Positions 1-10,147 of a stretch of 64,000 nucleotides of DNA are shown here, piece by piece; within the stretch, counting starts at the first letter, position 1; every line of letters starts with the position of its first letter. The notes under the pieces are model-generated. The model was not told the DNA's origin. It saw only the letters and a program-made list of their open reading frames with translations, and ran no database searches. The DNA comes from Euryarchaeota archaeon UBA202 (lineage in GTDB: Archaea > Thermoplasmatota > E2 > UBA202): positions 4,957-68,956 of the forward strand of contig DAQA01000029.1 of assembly GCA_002502685.1 (NCBI GenBank). The letters run 5' to 3'. A program made the position numbers and the translations under genes.

Positions 1-615
1 GTTTATGTTGATATTGTTAGATTCGGTGCAGAGAACACCAATACCATTTTTTTTAAAATTACAATGGGTCACTGCAATGTTTCGGTCGCTTAAAGACCGT
101 ATCCCCATGGCGGTATGATAAAAAGAACAATTTTTTATTGTCATCCGTGATCCCGTTGCCGCTAATATGCCATGACGTGCATTGTGAAATATACAGTTGT
201 TAACGGTTACATCTCCTTTGAGGATGTTTACCAAACTGTTGGTGATTTTTCCCCCAGCTTTCCTGAACTGGAGATTATCAATGGCTACTTTATCAGAATT
301 TATAATTACACCTGTTCCCGTAAATGATGCATCTATGATGGCATTTTGCATCGATTTACCATAGAGGGCCAGTGACTTTGATATGATGAGATGTTCACTA
401 TATGTACCGGGATAAATAAAAATTGTATAATTTTCACCGGCATCGTCGAGGGCAGCCTGAATACTGGAATAATTGGATTGCCCTGTACCCCCCACATATA
501 ATACAGTCCCCCCCTCTTTTTTGATGAATCCAGGATTATCACGGATGAATAGAACTCCCGCTGCTCCTAATACACAGGCCACACTGATGATTACTAAGAG
601 GAACCTTTTTTTCAT
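1..615 (-). CDS. Secreted right-handed beta-helix (PbH1/NosD-like) repeat protein, 3' end truncated by the window edge (ATG at 613-615; first 205 aa visible).
   Basis: Manual minus-strand translation from ATG 613-615 runs stop-free to position 1: MKKRFLLVIISVACVLGAAG (signal peptide), then SSIQAALDDAGENYTIFIYPGTYSEH and repeated NCxF/HN..GI units typical of parallel beta-helix proteins. The ORF is missing from the track only because it runs off the window. Track ORF 333..542 is the wrong frame of this gene. Confidence 0.6.
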   Translation of the reverse strand, partial: MKKRFLLVIISVACVLGAAGVLFIRDNPGFIKKEGGTVLYVGGTGQSNYSSIQAALDDAGENYTIFIYPGTYSEHLIISKSLALYGKSMQNAIIDASFTGTGVIINSDKVAIDNLQFRKAGGKITNSLVNILKGDVTVNNCIFHNARHGILAATGSRMTIKNCSFYHTAMGIRSLSDRNIAVTHCNFKKNGIGVLCTESNNININ

Positions 616-1001
616 TTCTTACCCGTACCTATAATAGGGTTTTACTATATTGCTATTATCTAAACCTCCTCTCCCCCTTTTCATCCTCCGATACAATGCG
701 ATAAGAAACAAAAAAAGATGACTAGATTCCATCCTTTCTTAAACCCCCCAGAATCACCTGTATTCTGGTATCTTGTCACCTCGTTACCCTTCCCTATAAT
801 CATTCATATAAATCATGAAAAATAATTCCCCCCCCTCCTAATTTTTTCCAGCCATCGCTACGGTTAATGAATCATTTATTATTATAAAAATATTTACCTA
901 GCTACATAATAATGAATAATTTATATTTTATACCCAAAAAAGTGATTGGTAATATTATCCTACTTCTTTGTAACCCTGGTGCTCATTATTAGACGACCCG
1001 G

Positions 1002-1145
1002 TCACAATTTTTTTACTTCCCCTAAATCTTTATCTATCTGCTTAAAGCATTTTTCACAGAGAAGCCCCCATCGATGATGAAATATCAATTCTTCCCGGGG
1101 AAAAAAACCTCTGCATTCATAGCAGATATGCATGCTTTTTGTCAT
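1002..1145 (-). CDS. Small zinc-ribbon protein (about 47 aa), not in the ORF track because it is under 60 aa.
   Basis: Manual translation gives MTKSMHICYECRGFFPREELIFHHRWGLLCEKCFKQIDKDLGEVKKL, with two CxxC pairs (CYEC...CEKC). Confidence 0.3.
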   Translation of the reverse strand: MTKSMHICYECRGFFPREELIFHHRWGLLCEKCFKQIDKDLGEVKKL

Positions 1146-1376
1146 GAATCATCAAGTTGCTACGAAGTATAAAATCATATATCTTATTTAGATATTTCCC
1201 CTAATAGGAACATACATATTTTTCTGATAACATTGTCACACCAAGATAAACATAAAGATAACCAAAGAAATAACACTAGCAAGCAATAAGTGGCATTGGA
1301 GAGGACAGAATTATAACACCACTATAAACTATACAGGGAAGTATATTTTTTCACAAAACATTTTAATTATAAAAAT

Positions 1377-2315
1377 GTGTATCACCTCAACATGGCTAAC
1401 CCAATCATCTACATATTGGAATTCATTGTTGGCTTAGTCATACTGGTTAAAGGATGCGCTATCTTTATAGATGGCGCTTCCAATATAGCAACAAAACTGG
1501 GGATATCTGAACATATAATCGGGCTAACCATCGTGGCACTTGCCACATCTCTCCCTGAATTAGCAGTTTCATCCATAGCATCCTATAATCAAGAGGCAGG
1601 TATTGCCATTGGAACTATCATCGGCTCAAACATCTCTAATATTTGTCTAATCCTCGGAATCGCCGCCATTATCATGATCCTAAAAACCGATAAACAAACA
1701 ATTGAAGACACATTTTTCATGATTGGGGTAACAATTCTATTTATTGGCTTAATAGCAATCGATCATACACTCAATAGATATGATGCTCTATTATTCCTCC
1801 TTCTCTATATCTATTTTATATATCGCCTCTATAAAGCCCATAAAAAAAAGATTGATCATCTCACTATTAAAAAAGAAGGAGTTTTCAAAGAAAGTTTATT
1901 TATACTCCTTGGCGCAAGCGCCCTCATTTTAGGCGCCCACTTTTTGGTGGAATCTGGAGTAGGCATAGCGCAACTCCTTGGTGTGCCACCCGCTATTATT
2001 GGTCTTACCATGATTGCACTTGGCACGTCCCTTCCTGAACTTTCAAGCACAATCACTGCCACTCTTAAAAAACGATATGGTATTGCGGTTGGTAATGTCA
2101 TTGGAAGTAATATTATTAATATCCTTTTGGTCTTAGGTATCTCAGGGCTTATCAACCCTCTTTCTATTGGAAAAAAAATTTTTATTTCAGCACCCTTTCT
2201 TATCGGTGTTTCTGTATTAACCCTTTTTTTTGTAAGGGGTAAAATCGGTAGAAAACAAGGATATATTCTTATTTTTCTATATGTTATTTTTATTGCTCTT
2301 ACTACAACAATCTAA
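1377..2315 (+). CDS. Ca2+/cation antiporter, CaCA (YrbG/NCX) family.
   Basis: Two internal repeats each carry the alpha-repeat signature GTSLPEL (ALATSLPELAVS and ALGTSLPELSST). About 10 TM helices, 312 aa. Confidence 0.75.
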   Translation: MYHLNMANPIIYILEFIVGLVILVKGCAIFIDGASNIATKLGISEHIIGLTIVALATSLPELAVSSIASYNQEAGIAIGTIIGSNISNICLILGIAAIIMILKTDKQTIEDTFFMIGVTILFIGLIAIDHTLNRYDALLFLLLYIYFIYRLYKAHKKKIDHLTIKKEGVFKESLFILLGASALILGAHFLVESGVGIAQLLGVPPAIIGLTMIALGTSLPELSSTITATLKKRYGIAVGNVIGSNIINILLVLGISGLINPLSIGKKIFISAPFLIGVSVLTLFFVRGKIGRKQGYILIFLYVIFIALTTTI

Positions 2316-2403
2316 GGTATACATGACATTCTAAACTATTTTTTGGATAAGGTTTTTCTGTTTCTGAATTTCACCACCGCATTATCAATTACTCTAATTG
2401 TTT

Positions 2404-2946
2404 CTAACTCTTATCCTTTTGAAAAGCAATGGCATATGCCCCAGTTGTCGTGCTGATTTCATTTAGATTATAGAATACAAATGTCCAGTATCCCTGGTTT
2501 TCTGGAGTGACCCATATTCTATGATGCTCTTGAGTGGTTTTATTGCTTGCATACAATTCTTCTTCAATTTCATATTTTCCATCTTTTTCACTCATTTTAT
2601 AGAGGACGCATTGTATATTCGTTGTGCTGTATGGTTGTGTGTTAAAGCCAAAGTCGATACGTGACAAAGTCTCATTGATTTCAAATGGCACGTGGCTATC
2701 ATTACCAATGTTTTCAGGGTAGCTGACCCAGTATTTTGCAGGATAAGCCCCCAGTGCTAAAAAGTTATTTTTAAATAAATAATACCATGACGATTTTGAT
2801 GCATTATTGTTGCCTGGGTCCTCGTTCTCTTCTTCATTCTTTTGAGGGTCAAAATATTGGGTTGTGTACACCCAAAATCCCACATAAACACCCAGTGTTA
2901 CTACCAAAAAGATTATCAATATTTTGAGATAGTGCCTCTTTCCCAT
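2404..2946 (-). CDS. Membrane-anchored extracellular hypothetical protein.
   Basis: N-terminal TM helix (ILIIFLVVTLGVYVGFWVY) followed by a hydrophilic domain with NxS/T sequons. Confidence 0.4.
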   Translation of the reverse strand: MGKRHYLKILIIFLVVTLGVYVGFWVYTTQYFDPQKNEEENEDPGNNNASKSSWYYLFKNNFLALGAYPAKYWVSYPENIGNDSHVPFEINETLSRIDFGFNTQPYSTTNIQCVLYKMSEKDGKYEIEEELYASNKTTQEHHRIWVTPENQGYWTFVFYNLNEISTTTGAYAIAFQKDKS

Positions 2947-3071
2947 ATCTAATACCGCTGGATTCCTTACTAAGGGTCAATATTTAAATGTTTGTTTTAA
3001 AATTTCTGAAGTTCATCCTAATCAGAACCATTTACAAAAAACTACTATTTACAGTCAAAAAAAGATAGGTA

Positions 3072-3677
3072 ATGAAAAGAAAATTTTATATCATACTCGC
3101 CTTCATGACATTTATGAAAGAAATCTGTAATTTTCTTTTTGAATTAGGTCATTTGAGGAGAATAAAACATGAGGGCTGGCGACTGACTGGGCTTGAGGAA
3201 CCTGAAAGCATAGCTGAACATTCTCTAAGAGCTGCACAAATTGGGTTTCTTCTTTCAAAATTAGAAAGTTATCCAAACCCCCAGGAAGTTTCGACCATAC
3301 TTGTTTTTCATGATATGGCTGAATGCAGAATCGGCGATCTCCACAGGGTTGCACAAAGGTATGCTCAAATTGACGAAGAAAGAGTGGTGAAAGATCAGGT
3401 GAAACCACTAAAAAAAATGGGGGTAGATCTTCTTAATATTTGGAAAAAATTTGAATATCGTAAAGACAAGGCTGGCCTATTAGCAAAAGATGCGGATCTT
3501 CTTGAAATGGCATTAACCGCCCGGGAGTATTACGCAAGGGGATATCATTCAACCCAGGATTGGATAAATAATATCTCCAAATCTCTAAAGACAAAATCTG
3601 CTAAAAAATTACTTGCATGCATAATAGAATCAAACCCAGTCAAATGGTGGAAGACACTGAAAAAAATACCAGAGTAA
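3072..3677 (+). CDS. HD-domain phosphohydrolase (YfbR-like 5'-deoxynucleotidase family).
   Basis: HD motif context SIAEHSLRAAQIGFLL...VFHDMAECRIGDL. About 200 aa, typical for this family. Confidence 0.65.
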   Translation: MKRKFYIILAFMTFMKEICNFLFELGHLRRIKHEGWRLTGLEEPESIAEHSLRAAQIGFLLSKLESYPNPQEVSTILVFHDMAECRIGDLHRVAQRYAQIDEERVVKDQVKPLKKMGVDLLNIWKKFEYRKDKAGLLAKDADLLEMALTAREYYARGYHSTQDWINNISKSLKTKSAKKLLACIIESNPVKWWKTLKKIPE

Positions 3678-4440
3678 AAATTAGTGCCAGATCCTGTTTT
3701 TGGAAAACAGGGGGAAAATTCTGCATTACTTAGGCCAAAAAAGATGCCACAATCACGGCGACAATAAAAGAAATCCATAAACTCTCTTTCCCTTAAAGCC
3801 TACTTGTTTCACCTATGACCCCATAGATTTCTGTACCTAAAATAATCATTAGCACCCATTCGTATGGCATCCGAGAAATTAAATAAGTATTCTAAACGAA
3901 CAATGGATAAAAAGTAATGAAGTTAAAGACATACATCTAGTATCTGTTCCTTCTTAGAGAAGCAAAATATCTGTTATAGGTGTCTCGTGCTAACAGTATA
4001 ATTTTATGTTATTTATTTAATACCCTAATACTCCCAAGATAGAAAAAAGAAGAATGAGGGGATAACGGTGGAAAAAACGTGGGATGTTTTTTTTAAAACC
4101 ATTGAATTCCCCTTCATTATTGTACTCATTCCTCATCATGCCATATATGGCATAACACTGATAATCCCATCATTTATAATTATTTTGTCTACTAAAATAA
4201 CCACTAATAAATAACCTAAACCACAATTCATCTGTATCAATTTCCCATTCGACCACACTGTATTGATAGGAAATGAAGGCAAAAGATTATGAAAAGTAAA
4301 TTATTTTCTTTGATCATTTCCATTATGTTTTTTAGATGCGGTTTATCCATTTTTTTTATGTATATCATACAAAGGGATTTCTAGAGATGCTTGCACAAAT
4401 TTTTATGGGAGCTAGCACTCATTGAGTGAAAAAAATAAAA

Positions 4441-4839
4441 TCATTTGAGGACAGTATAATCTAAGAGTGTAAGTATCCATTCAAAGATTTTTTCGATAAT
4501 CCAGTGAAGATTTCCAAGTGGTGTCTTAGGGACATCAACAATGAGAGGACCAGACCAATCACTTTCCATCCCGTTTTCATCCTTTGCCTTCACCCTGACA
4601 TCATATATCCCCTTTGTTTCCCATTCATGAGATGCATTTATGGAAACACCTGATGGATAAGGACCCATCCATGAACTTAGTGATTGATCTCCCCAATCCC
4701 ATCTATAATATACCTGGTCCCCATCTATGTCCTCGGTACTGGTGGTATAGGCATACAAAGTTCCTGCTTCAACCTTGGTTTCACGATAATGGGGTATTGG
4801 GAGGATTACTGGCACGAAGCGCCACCACGGGATCACCAA
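4441..4839 (-). pseudogene. PKD-domain C-terminal segment, frameshifted relative to the upstream C25 peptidase ORF. Together they form a disrupted C25-PKD gene, or the shift is a sequencing error.
   Basis: The domain DGDQVYYRWDWGDQS...GPYPSGV...YDVRVKAKDENGMESDWSGP is homologous to the C-termini of 7170..8480 and 8689..9951. The two ORFs overlap at 4781-4839 in different frames. Confidence 0.5.
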
Positions 4840-6616
4840 ACAGATTTAATTGATAGTAACACCATCTCATCATGGATCCATCAATAAGATAAAGATTGTC
4901 TTCTTTTGAGTCTTGGTTTGCTTTACTAATAATGGGTATATTCTCTGAGAAGACAGCATCCCAGAATTCTCTCATATAATGATGGTTGTCTCCATCGGTA
5001 CTATTGGACCAATAAAAACCATAGCGTGCATTCATGATAACTGCAAAAGCACCATATTCTGATTTGACCGTTAAGGCCTCTGCCATACAGTCCTCCGCAT
5101 CAAATCCTCCCGCATTGCAACCCTGAGAATAAACAAAGCAATATTTCTCATTTGTGAAAGAGTCAATATCCTCGGGAACCATTTTTAAAGCATGCTGGTA
5201 ATTGCTATGTCCTAAATGGTTTATGATATGAACACCATTATTGATATGATTTATGAGTTCTGTGTTCGGCCAGTTACCATCCGGCCAATCTCGGTCATAA
5301 AGTTTTGTGACATTAAATTTTTCTGAGGGTATCCCCCCAGTTTTATATCCCGAGTGATTACTTTGATCAATGAGTTCATCCATATACTCTGCCCCATATG
5401 TTACAGAATCAAGTTCTTCTGCTGCCATTAATATGCTTTTTAGGTAATCGTTGGCCTGGATGCTCATATATCCAATTGTTTTAGTGACAAAATTGCTTGC
5501 TTCTTCCCCATTACCTACACAGGCTCTTCCCACGTATACTTCTGCCATAAGATCCACATCGGTCCCATTTTCTCCATCATGGGGTTCTCCCAATCTATCA
5601 TCGCCATCATAATTGTAGGGGTCATCAAGACAGGCATAAAAAAGGTCAGAAGGCATCATAGTCTCGTAATATTCTGTTGTTTTATCTTCGTCGTATCCTG
5701 AAACCCATAACTGGGGTGCAGGAACAATGTCATCATCGCCTCCAAGGAGGACATAGTCAATGCCATATTGGAGATATGCATCCTTAATATAATTGCGGAT
5801 ATCCATGGGGCTTTCCGGATTTCCGATTTCACTTACTGATTTGATTAATGTCTTTATCCCATTAGCCTCATGATGGATTTTTAGTGGCCGAAAACGCCAG
5901 GTAAAATTTTCTTCTGTTAGAATAAAAAGATCATAGTTTTTTGATAGTGAATAGCTGTCTTTCAGCTTTCGGTAGGTAATTGCTACATTAGGATTATCAA
6001 CTTTTTTTATGACTTCACATTCATCTTTGTATACTCCCCGAAATAATGAATTCGAACTGGTGGTTTCCATGGTCTTTATTGAAACCGTGAGATCTTTGTA
6101 GTAATATATCTCTCCCGTGGCAGGGATATAGTGAACCGGGTGAAGTTGTAAAATGAGTATTCCATAACCCCTGAAAAAATATGTTGTCACTTCAGTAAAA
6201 AGGGTTCCTGGAAATGGTTTCTCTAAAAGCGTGCCTTTCAATTGAGGTGTAACAACACTCTTCTCACCTGCAATGGTGCAAGGACTACCTGCAGAAATGA
6301 TGTTAAATCCTTCTCCTAATACTTTCTTCTCTCCGGCTGTGACCATAATATCGCCCACCTTTGTATTTGGCGGGAGCAGTACGGCCGCTCCTTTTATTGG
6401 TAGACAGGGTTCACCAGGTCTCCCATAATTTATTGTTCCATCCATAATTATCTTATCATAGATTACATCATTTACCACAATTGTTTCCAATCGCGGTGTC
6501 GTAAAAGAGTAAACAAGTGGTTTGAGCACCTTGCCATCGGTTCTTTCGCTTAATCCCACCACTAGTGTGCCACTGAGAAATAAGAAAAAACAGATGATTA
6601 CTTTAATTTTACCCAT
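4781..6616 (-). CDS. Secreted clan-CD cysteine peptidase, C25 gingipain-like catalytic domain. The C-terminal PKD domain continues in another frame (see 4441..4839).
   Basis: Signal peptide MGKIKVIICFFLFLSGTLVVG. His/Cys dyad context INHLGHSNYQHAL ... VYSQGCNAGGFD. Shares YVLLGGDDDIVP and DLMAEVYVGRA with the C25-like protein at 31024..32931. Confidence 0.6.
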   Translation of the reverse strand: MGKIKVIICFFLFLSGTLVVGLSERTDGKVLKPLVYSFTTPRLETIVVNDVIYDKIIMDGTINYGRPGEPCLPIKGAAVLLPPNTKVGDIMVTAGEKKVLGEGFNIISAGSPCTIAGEKSVVTPQLKGTLLEKPFPGTLFTEVTTYFFRGYGILILQLHPVHYIPATGEIYYYKDLTVSIKTMETTSSNSLFRGVYKDECEVIKKVDNPNVAITYRKLKDSYSLSKNYDLFILTEENFTWRFRPLKIHHEANGIKTLIKSVSEIGNPESPMDIRNYIKDAYLQYGIDYVLLGGDDDIVPAPQLWVSGYDEDKTTEYYETMMPSDLFYACLDDPYNYDGDDRLGEPHDGENGTDVDLMAEVYVGRACVGNGEEASNFVTKTIGYMSIQANDYLKSILMAAEELDSVTYGAEYMDELIDQSNHSGYKTGGIPSEKFNVTKLYDRDWPDGNWPNTELINHINNGVHIINHLGHSNYQHALKMVPEDIDSFTNEKYCFVYSQGCNAGGFDAEDCMAEALTVKSEYGAFAVIMNARYGFYWSNSTDGDNHHYMREFWDAVFSENIPIISKANQDSKEDNLYLIDGSMMRWCYYQLNLFGDPVVALRASNPPNTPLS

Positions 6617-7169
6617 ATTTTTGTTACCCTGCTCACTGAAGGGAAGAAATGGTTAAAAAACCTTTCTTTTCCAGACATTTTAAAAATTTTTATTAAAAAA
6701 TATAATGTATTATCCAAGTACCATCATTTACTGCTACTTATCCCTCTTTTAGTACCATTTCATCTATAAACTTTGATTTAGTTTTCTCGAAATTATTATA
6801 AATTTTTTTTTTGTACTTATTATGGGAGAAATAAGATCCCTCCCGGGGGACGACCGGGGGACTAATATCTATCAATAACGACTCGTTCCCATTAACTATT
6901 TTTTTCCCCGGCATTTCCCTCAAAAAATATTTCACTATCTATTTTTCTTTACCAGCATATGCCTAAAAAAAATAATATATCTATAAAATTGAAAACCACC
7001 ATCCCATAAATATCCATATCTCATACCCTACTGTCTTATCTTGCAATCAACAAGGCCAATATATTATAGACACATACTAAAATTATCTAGCTGTTCTAAT
7101 GAAATATATATAAAAAATATCGATTATCAATAATTATAAAAAAAAATTTATAAATATAGGCATCCTCAC

Positions 7170-8480
7170 ATGTTTGTGAAAATATCTATGTCCCATAAAA
7201 AAATAAAAATGTTATGTACCCTAAGCATAATTGCAGCAATATCTTTACTACCCTTGCATGCCACTGGCAATTATCTCCACAAAAATCCAAGCACCAATAA
7301 TGAAAATCACACATCAGAAAGACAAGCAATAGAGCTATTCAAAAAAGCACTTCCTTCCGCCACCTCCTATCAAGGCCACCTTCGTGTCTATATAGTAGAA
7401 CCCACATCGCGATGGAACGATTATTCTAACAAACCCTACCATTTTGGCCTTCTAGATTTCGCATTTAATGACAAGCTCTCAATACCCTACGGCGAAACGT
7501 ACAATACCACGCTAACCTGGGATCCAAACGCAGAAGGATACAGTGGAATAACTGAAGATAACCTCATGGTCATAGCCGTACTTTTTAATCCTGAAGTAAA
7601 ACAAGCCTATGCACAACCCCCCATGGGCAATAAATTCACTGCCCATTATGTCGATGCATGCGCTGGTTCAGTCCCAGGAGGCCAGGGCCATAATGTCGTA
7701 ACTGATGTTTTTACTCATACAGTTTTTGTTGAAGAGGCAACCGCCACCTGGTGTCCCTATTGCCCTGCTATGTCTGAAGCACTTTACACAATCTATAAGT
7801 CAAGAAGCTATCCCTTTTATTTTGTATCCCTAGTGGGAGATAAAAATACAGAGGCAAATGAAAGATTGCAAAATGATTACAATCTCTATGGATACCCCAC
7901 GTCATTTTTTGATGGAGGAGTGAAGGTTTTAGTAGGGGGATATGATGATGAAAAATATTATCGATCAAGGATTGAATCTAGTGGGCAGAAGGATGTTCAT
8001 GATTTGAATTTCAGTCTTTCTGTTGAGTGGCAACAGAATAGTAGTATTTCTATTGATTTGCAAATCACCAATAATGAAGAAACCGAAAATAGCCCCCCCG
8101 GGACGCCCACGATAACTGGGATTACAGAAGGAAAGATTGGCACTGAATATGAATATACCTTTGTTTCTACAGATCCTGATGGCGATGATATTTACTATTG
8201 GGTACAATGGGGTGAAGGCTGCCCCAGTCTAGAGTGGATTGGTCCCTATAGCTCAGGAGAAGAAGTGACAATGAATTATACCTGGGCTAATAAGGGGGAT
8301 TATAACATAAGTGTTAAAGCAAAAGATACTAATGATGCTGAAAGTGAATGGGGAACACTAGAGATACACATGCCTAAATCAATGGCAAAGTCTTTCTTTA
8401 ATGTTATCTGGCTTCTTCTTGATAAATTTAGGGAAAGTTTTCCATTTCTTCACTATTTTTTTACCCATCTAGGCATCTAG
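7170..8480 (+). CDS. Secreted thioredoxin-fold protein (CPYC active site) with a C-terminal PKD domain.
   Basis: Signal peptide MLCTLSIIAAISLLPLHA. ATATWCPYCPAM and a cis-Pro loop GYPTSFFDGG. C-terminal PKD: DPDGDDIYYWVQWGEG...GPYSSGE...NISVKAKDTNDAESEWG, followed by the tail FFNVIWLLLDKF. Confidence 0.6.
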   Translation: MFVKISMSHKKIKMLCTLSIIAAISLLPLHATGNYLHKNPSTNNENHTSERQAIELFKKALPSATSYQGHLRVYIVEPTSRWNDYSNKPYHFGLLDFAFNDKLSIPYGETYNTTLTWDPNAEGYSGITEDNLMVIAVLFNPEVKQAYAQPPMGNKFTAHYVDACAGSVPGGQGHNVVTDVFTHTVFVEEATATWCPYCPAMSEALYTIYKSRSYPFYFVSLVGDKNTEANERLQNDYNLYGYPTSFFDGGVKVLVGGYDDEKYYRSRIESSGQKDVHDLNFSLSVEWQQNSSISIDLQITNNEETENSPPGTPTITGITEGKIGTEYEYTFVSTDPDGDDIYYWVQWGEGCPSLEWIGPYSSGEEVTMNYTWANKGDYNISVKAKDTNDAESEWGTLEIHMPKSMAKSFFNVIWLLLDKFRESFPFLHYFFTHLGI

Positions 8481-8688
8481 CTCCCCATTTCCCTATTTTT
8501 TTTTATTTTTCTTTTAATATATCCGAATTATTTTTGTTAAAATACATTTTTTTTTGGATAGATTCATGATTATGCTTACTCTTTTCCATGATTTCATTGT
8601 CCTTACAATAAACAAAAAATTACCAAAAGTTGCAGACAGAAATGTTTATATAGAAATAAAGCAACTATAATATTAAGAAAATGGTGGA

Positions 8689-9951
8689 GTGCAAATGATC
8701 AAAATAAATAGGATAATCCTATTCTGTGCCATCGGCATATTGTTTTGTCAGTTTGCATTATCACCATTATTACAAAGTGCCCCCTATTTTAGAAACACTA
8801 GTGTCCAGACATTAAGCAATCCTGCTATAGTGTGTGATTCAGATCAATATGTATTATCTTCTTCAGAAAAAAATTCACTCAAAGAAGATTCTATTCCGTC
8901 TAGTTGGGATTGGCGAGACGCTGAACACGAGGGCATAAGGGGAGACTGGACAACCCCGGCGAAAAATCAAAGAAATAGATGTTATGCCTTTACCATCCTT
9001 GGCTCCCTTGAAAGCATTATTAAGATTCGAGAAAAGTGTGTTGATTTCACTCCTGATCTATCAGAACAATATCTTATTTCCCATTACACCTATGACGATT
9101 TTTTAAAAAATAGAAGTGGTGTCACTGTTTTTGAGGAATGTTGCCCCTATAAAGGATTATGTGGAATAAATCTCAAATATCATTTATTCAATATCACTGG
9201 ATTATCGCCTGACTGGGAAAAGTATTGCATACCTGTATCAAACTTTTCAGTAACAGTTCGCACTTCACCTCCTCTAAACCCTGAAGAAAGAAGAAATGAA
9301 CTTAAAAGCCTTATACTAGAAAATGGTCCTATTGGATTACGTATTTATGCACCAGGCATGAGTGTATTTACTGTAGGGTCTTTAAGAAATTGGGGTCTAT
9401 TCCACAGGGGCCCTAACGATTATTATTCTGGGGAAGCGCCTGCAGGGGTTTTTAATCAAGCAGTTGTTCTTGCGGGATGGAAGGATGATCTGATGATTCC
9501 AAATGGTGGATATTGGATTATCAAGAACTCTTGGGGTTCTCTTTGGGGATGTGACGGTTTTTTTAACCTTGAATACGGTAGTCTGAACTCTGGTTGTGGC
9601 TATTATATCCGGGTTGACTACGACCCTAGTTGTTTTAATTGGCCTCCCATGGGTAGCCCCGTTCTTGTTGCACCTTCTCATGTGAATTCTGAGAAGGAGT
9701 ATCGTTGCTCATTTAGTTCAATTGATCCAGAGGAGAATCAGTTTAATTATCAAGGGGAGGTGTACTATAATTTTTCTTTTGGAGATTATACGTTTAGTGG
9801 ATGGCTGGGTCCCTATAAATCTGGTGAACAATGCTCAGTTTTTCATGTTTGGAGTCAAAGTGGATCAGTTGATATCAAGGTTAAGGCTAGAGATGATCCA
9901 GATGGCGATGGAGATTTTTCAGATGGGGCTGAGACTTATTGGATGTCCTAA
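8689..9951 (+). CDS. Secreted papain-family (C1A) cysteine peptidase with a C-terminal PKD-like domain.
   Basis: Signal peptide. Cys-motif NQRNRCYAFTILGSLES matches QGxCGSCWAF, and YWIIKNSWGSLWGCDGFFNLEYG is the Asn/Trp region. The C-terminal PKD-like repeat ends at the stop codon. Confidence 0.7.
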   Translation: MQMIKINRIILFCAIGILFCQFALSPLLQSAPYFRNTSVQTLSNPAIVCDSDQYVLSSSEKNSLKEDSIPSSWDWRDAEHEGIRGDWTTPAKNQRNRCYAFTILGSLESIIKIREKCVDFTPDLSEQYLISHYTYDDFLKNRSGVTVFEECCPYKGLCGINLKYHLFNITGLSPDWEKYCIPVSNFSVTVRTSPPLNPEERRNELKSLILENGPIGLRIYAPGMSVFTVGSLRNWGLFHRGPNDYYSGEAPAGVFNQAVVLAGWKDDLMIPNGGYWIIKNSWGSLWGCDGFFNLEYGSLNSGCGYYIRVDYDPSCFNWPPMGSPVLVAPSHVNSEKEYRCSFSSIDPEENQFNYQGEVYYNFSFGDYTFSGWLGPYKSGEQCSVFHVWSQSGSVDIKVKARDDPDGDGDFSDGAETYWMS

Positions 9952-10147
9952 TCCCTGCAAGTTTTTTTCTAATTTTTACCGGTTTTTTTTTCCTCTTTTA
10001 CTTTCCTATATATCATGATGGCATAAATCACACTTCCACTATTCTATTCCTCCAAGATGGTACTGAACCCTAGGGACTTCTTGCCATTGCCCCCAGTTTT
10101 TCCTTGCTGCAATAACCTTTATTTCTCCCTATACCATACAGGCATCA

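Noticed and set aside
333-542. Track ORF of 69 aa on the minus strand.
   Set aside because: It is the +1 frame inside the long beta-helix protein gene (1..615, minus), which is absent from the track only because it is truncated by the window edge.
1856-2155. Antisense or overlapping ORFs inside large genes. Examples: 1856..2155, 3112..3408, 13776..14126, 15689..16024, the many plus-strand ORFs inside the A2M gene at 21696..24469, 26590..27086, and 34331..35481.
   Set aside because: All lie wholly within and opposite to or out of frame with strongly supported genes. They lack motifs and have biased amino-acid composition typical of shadow ORFs.
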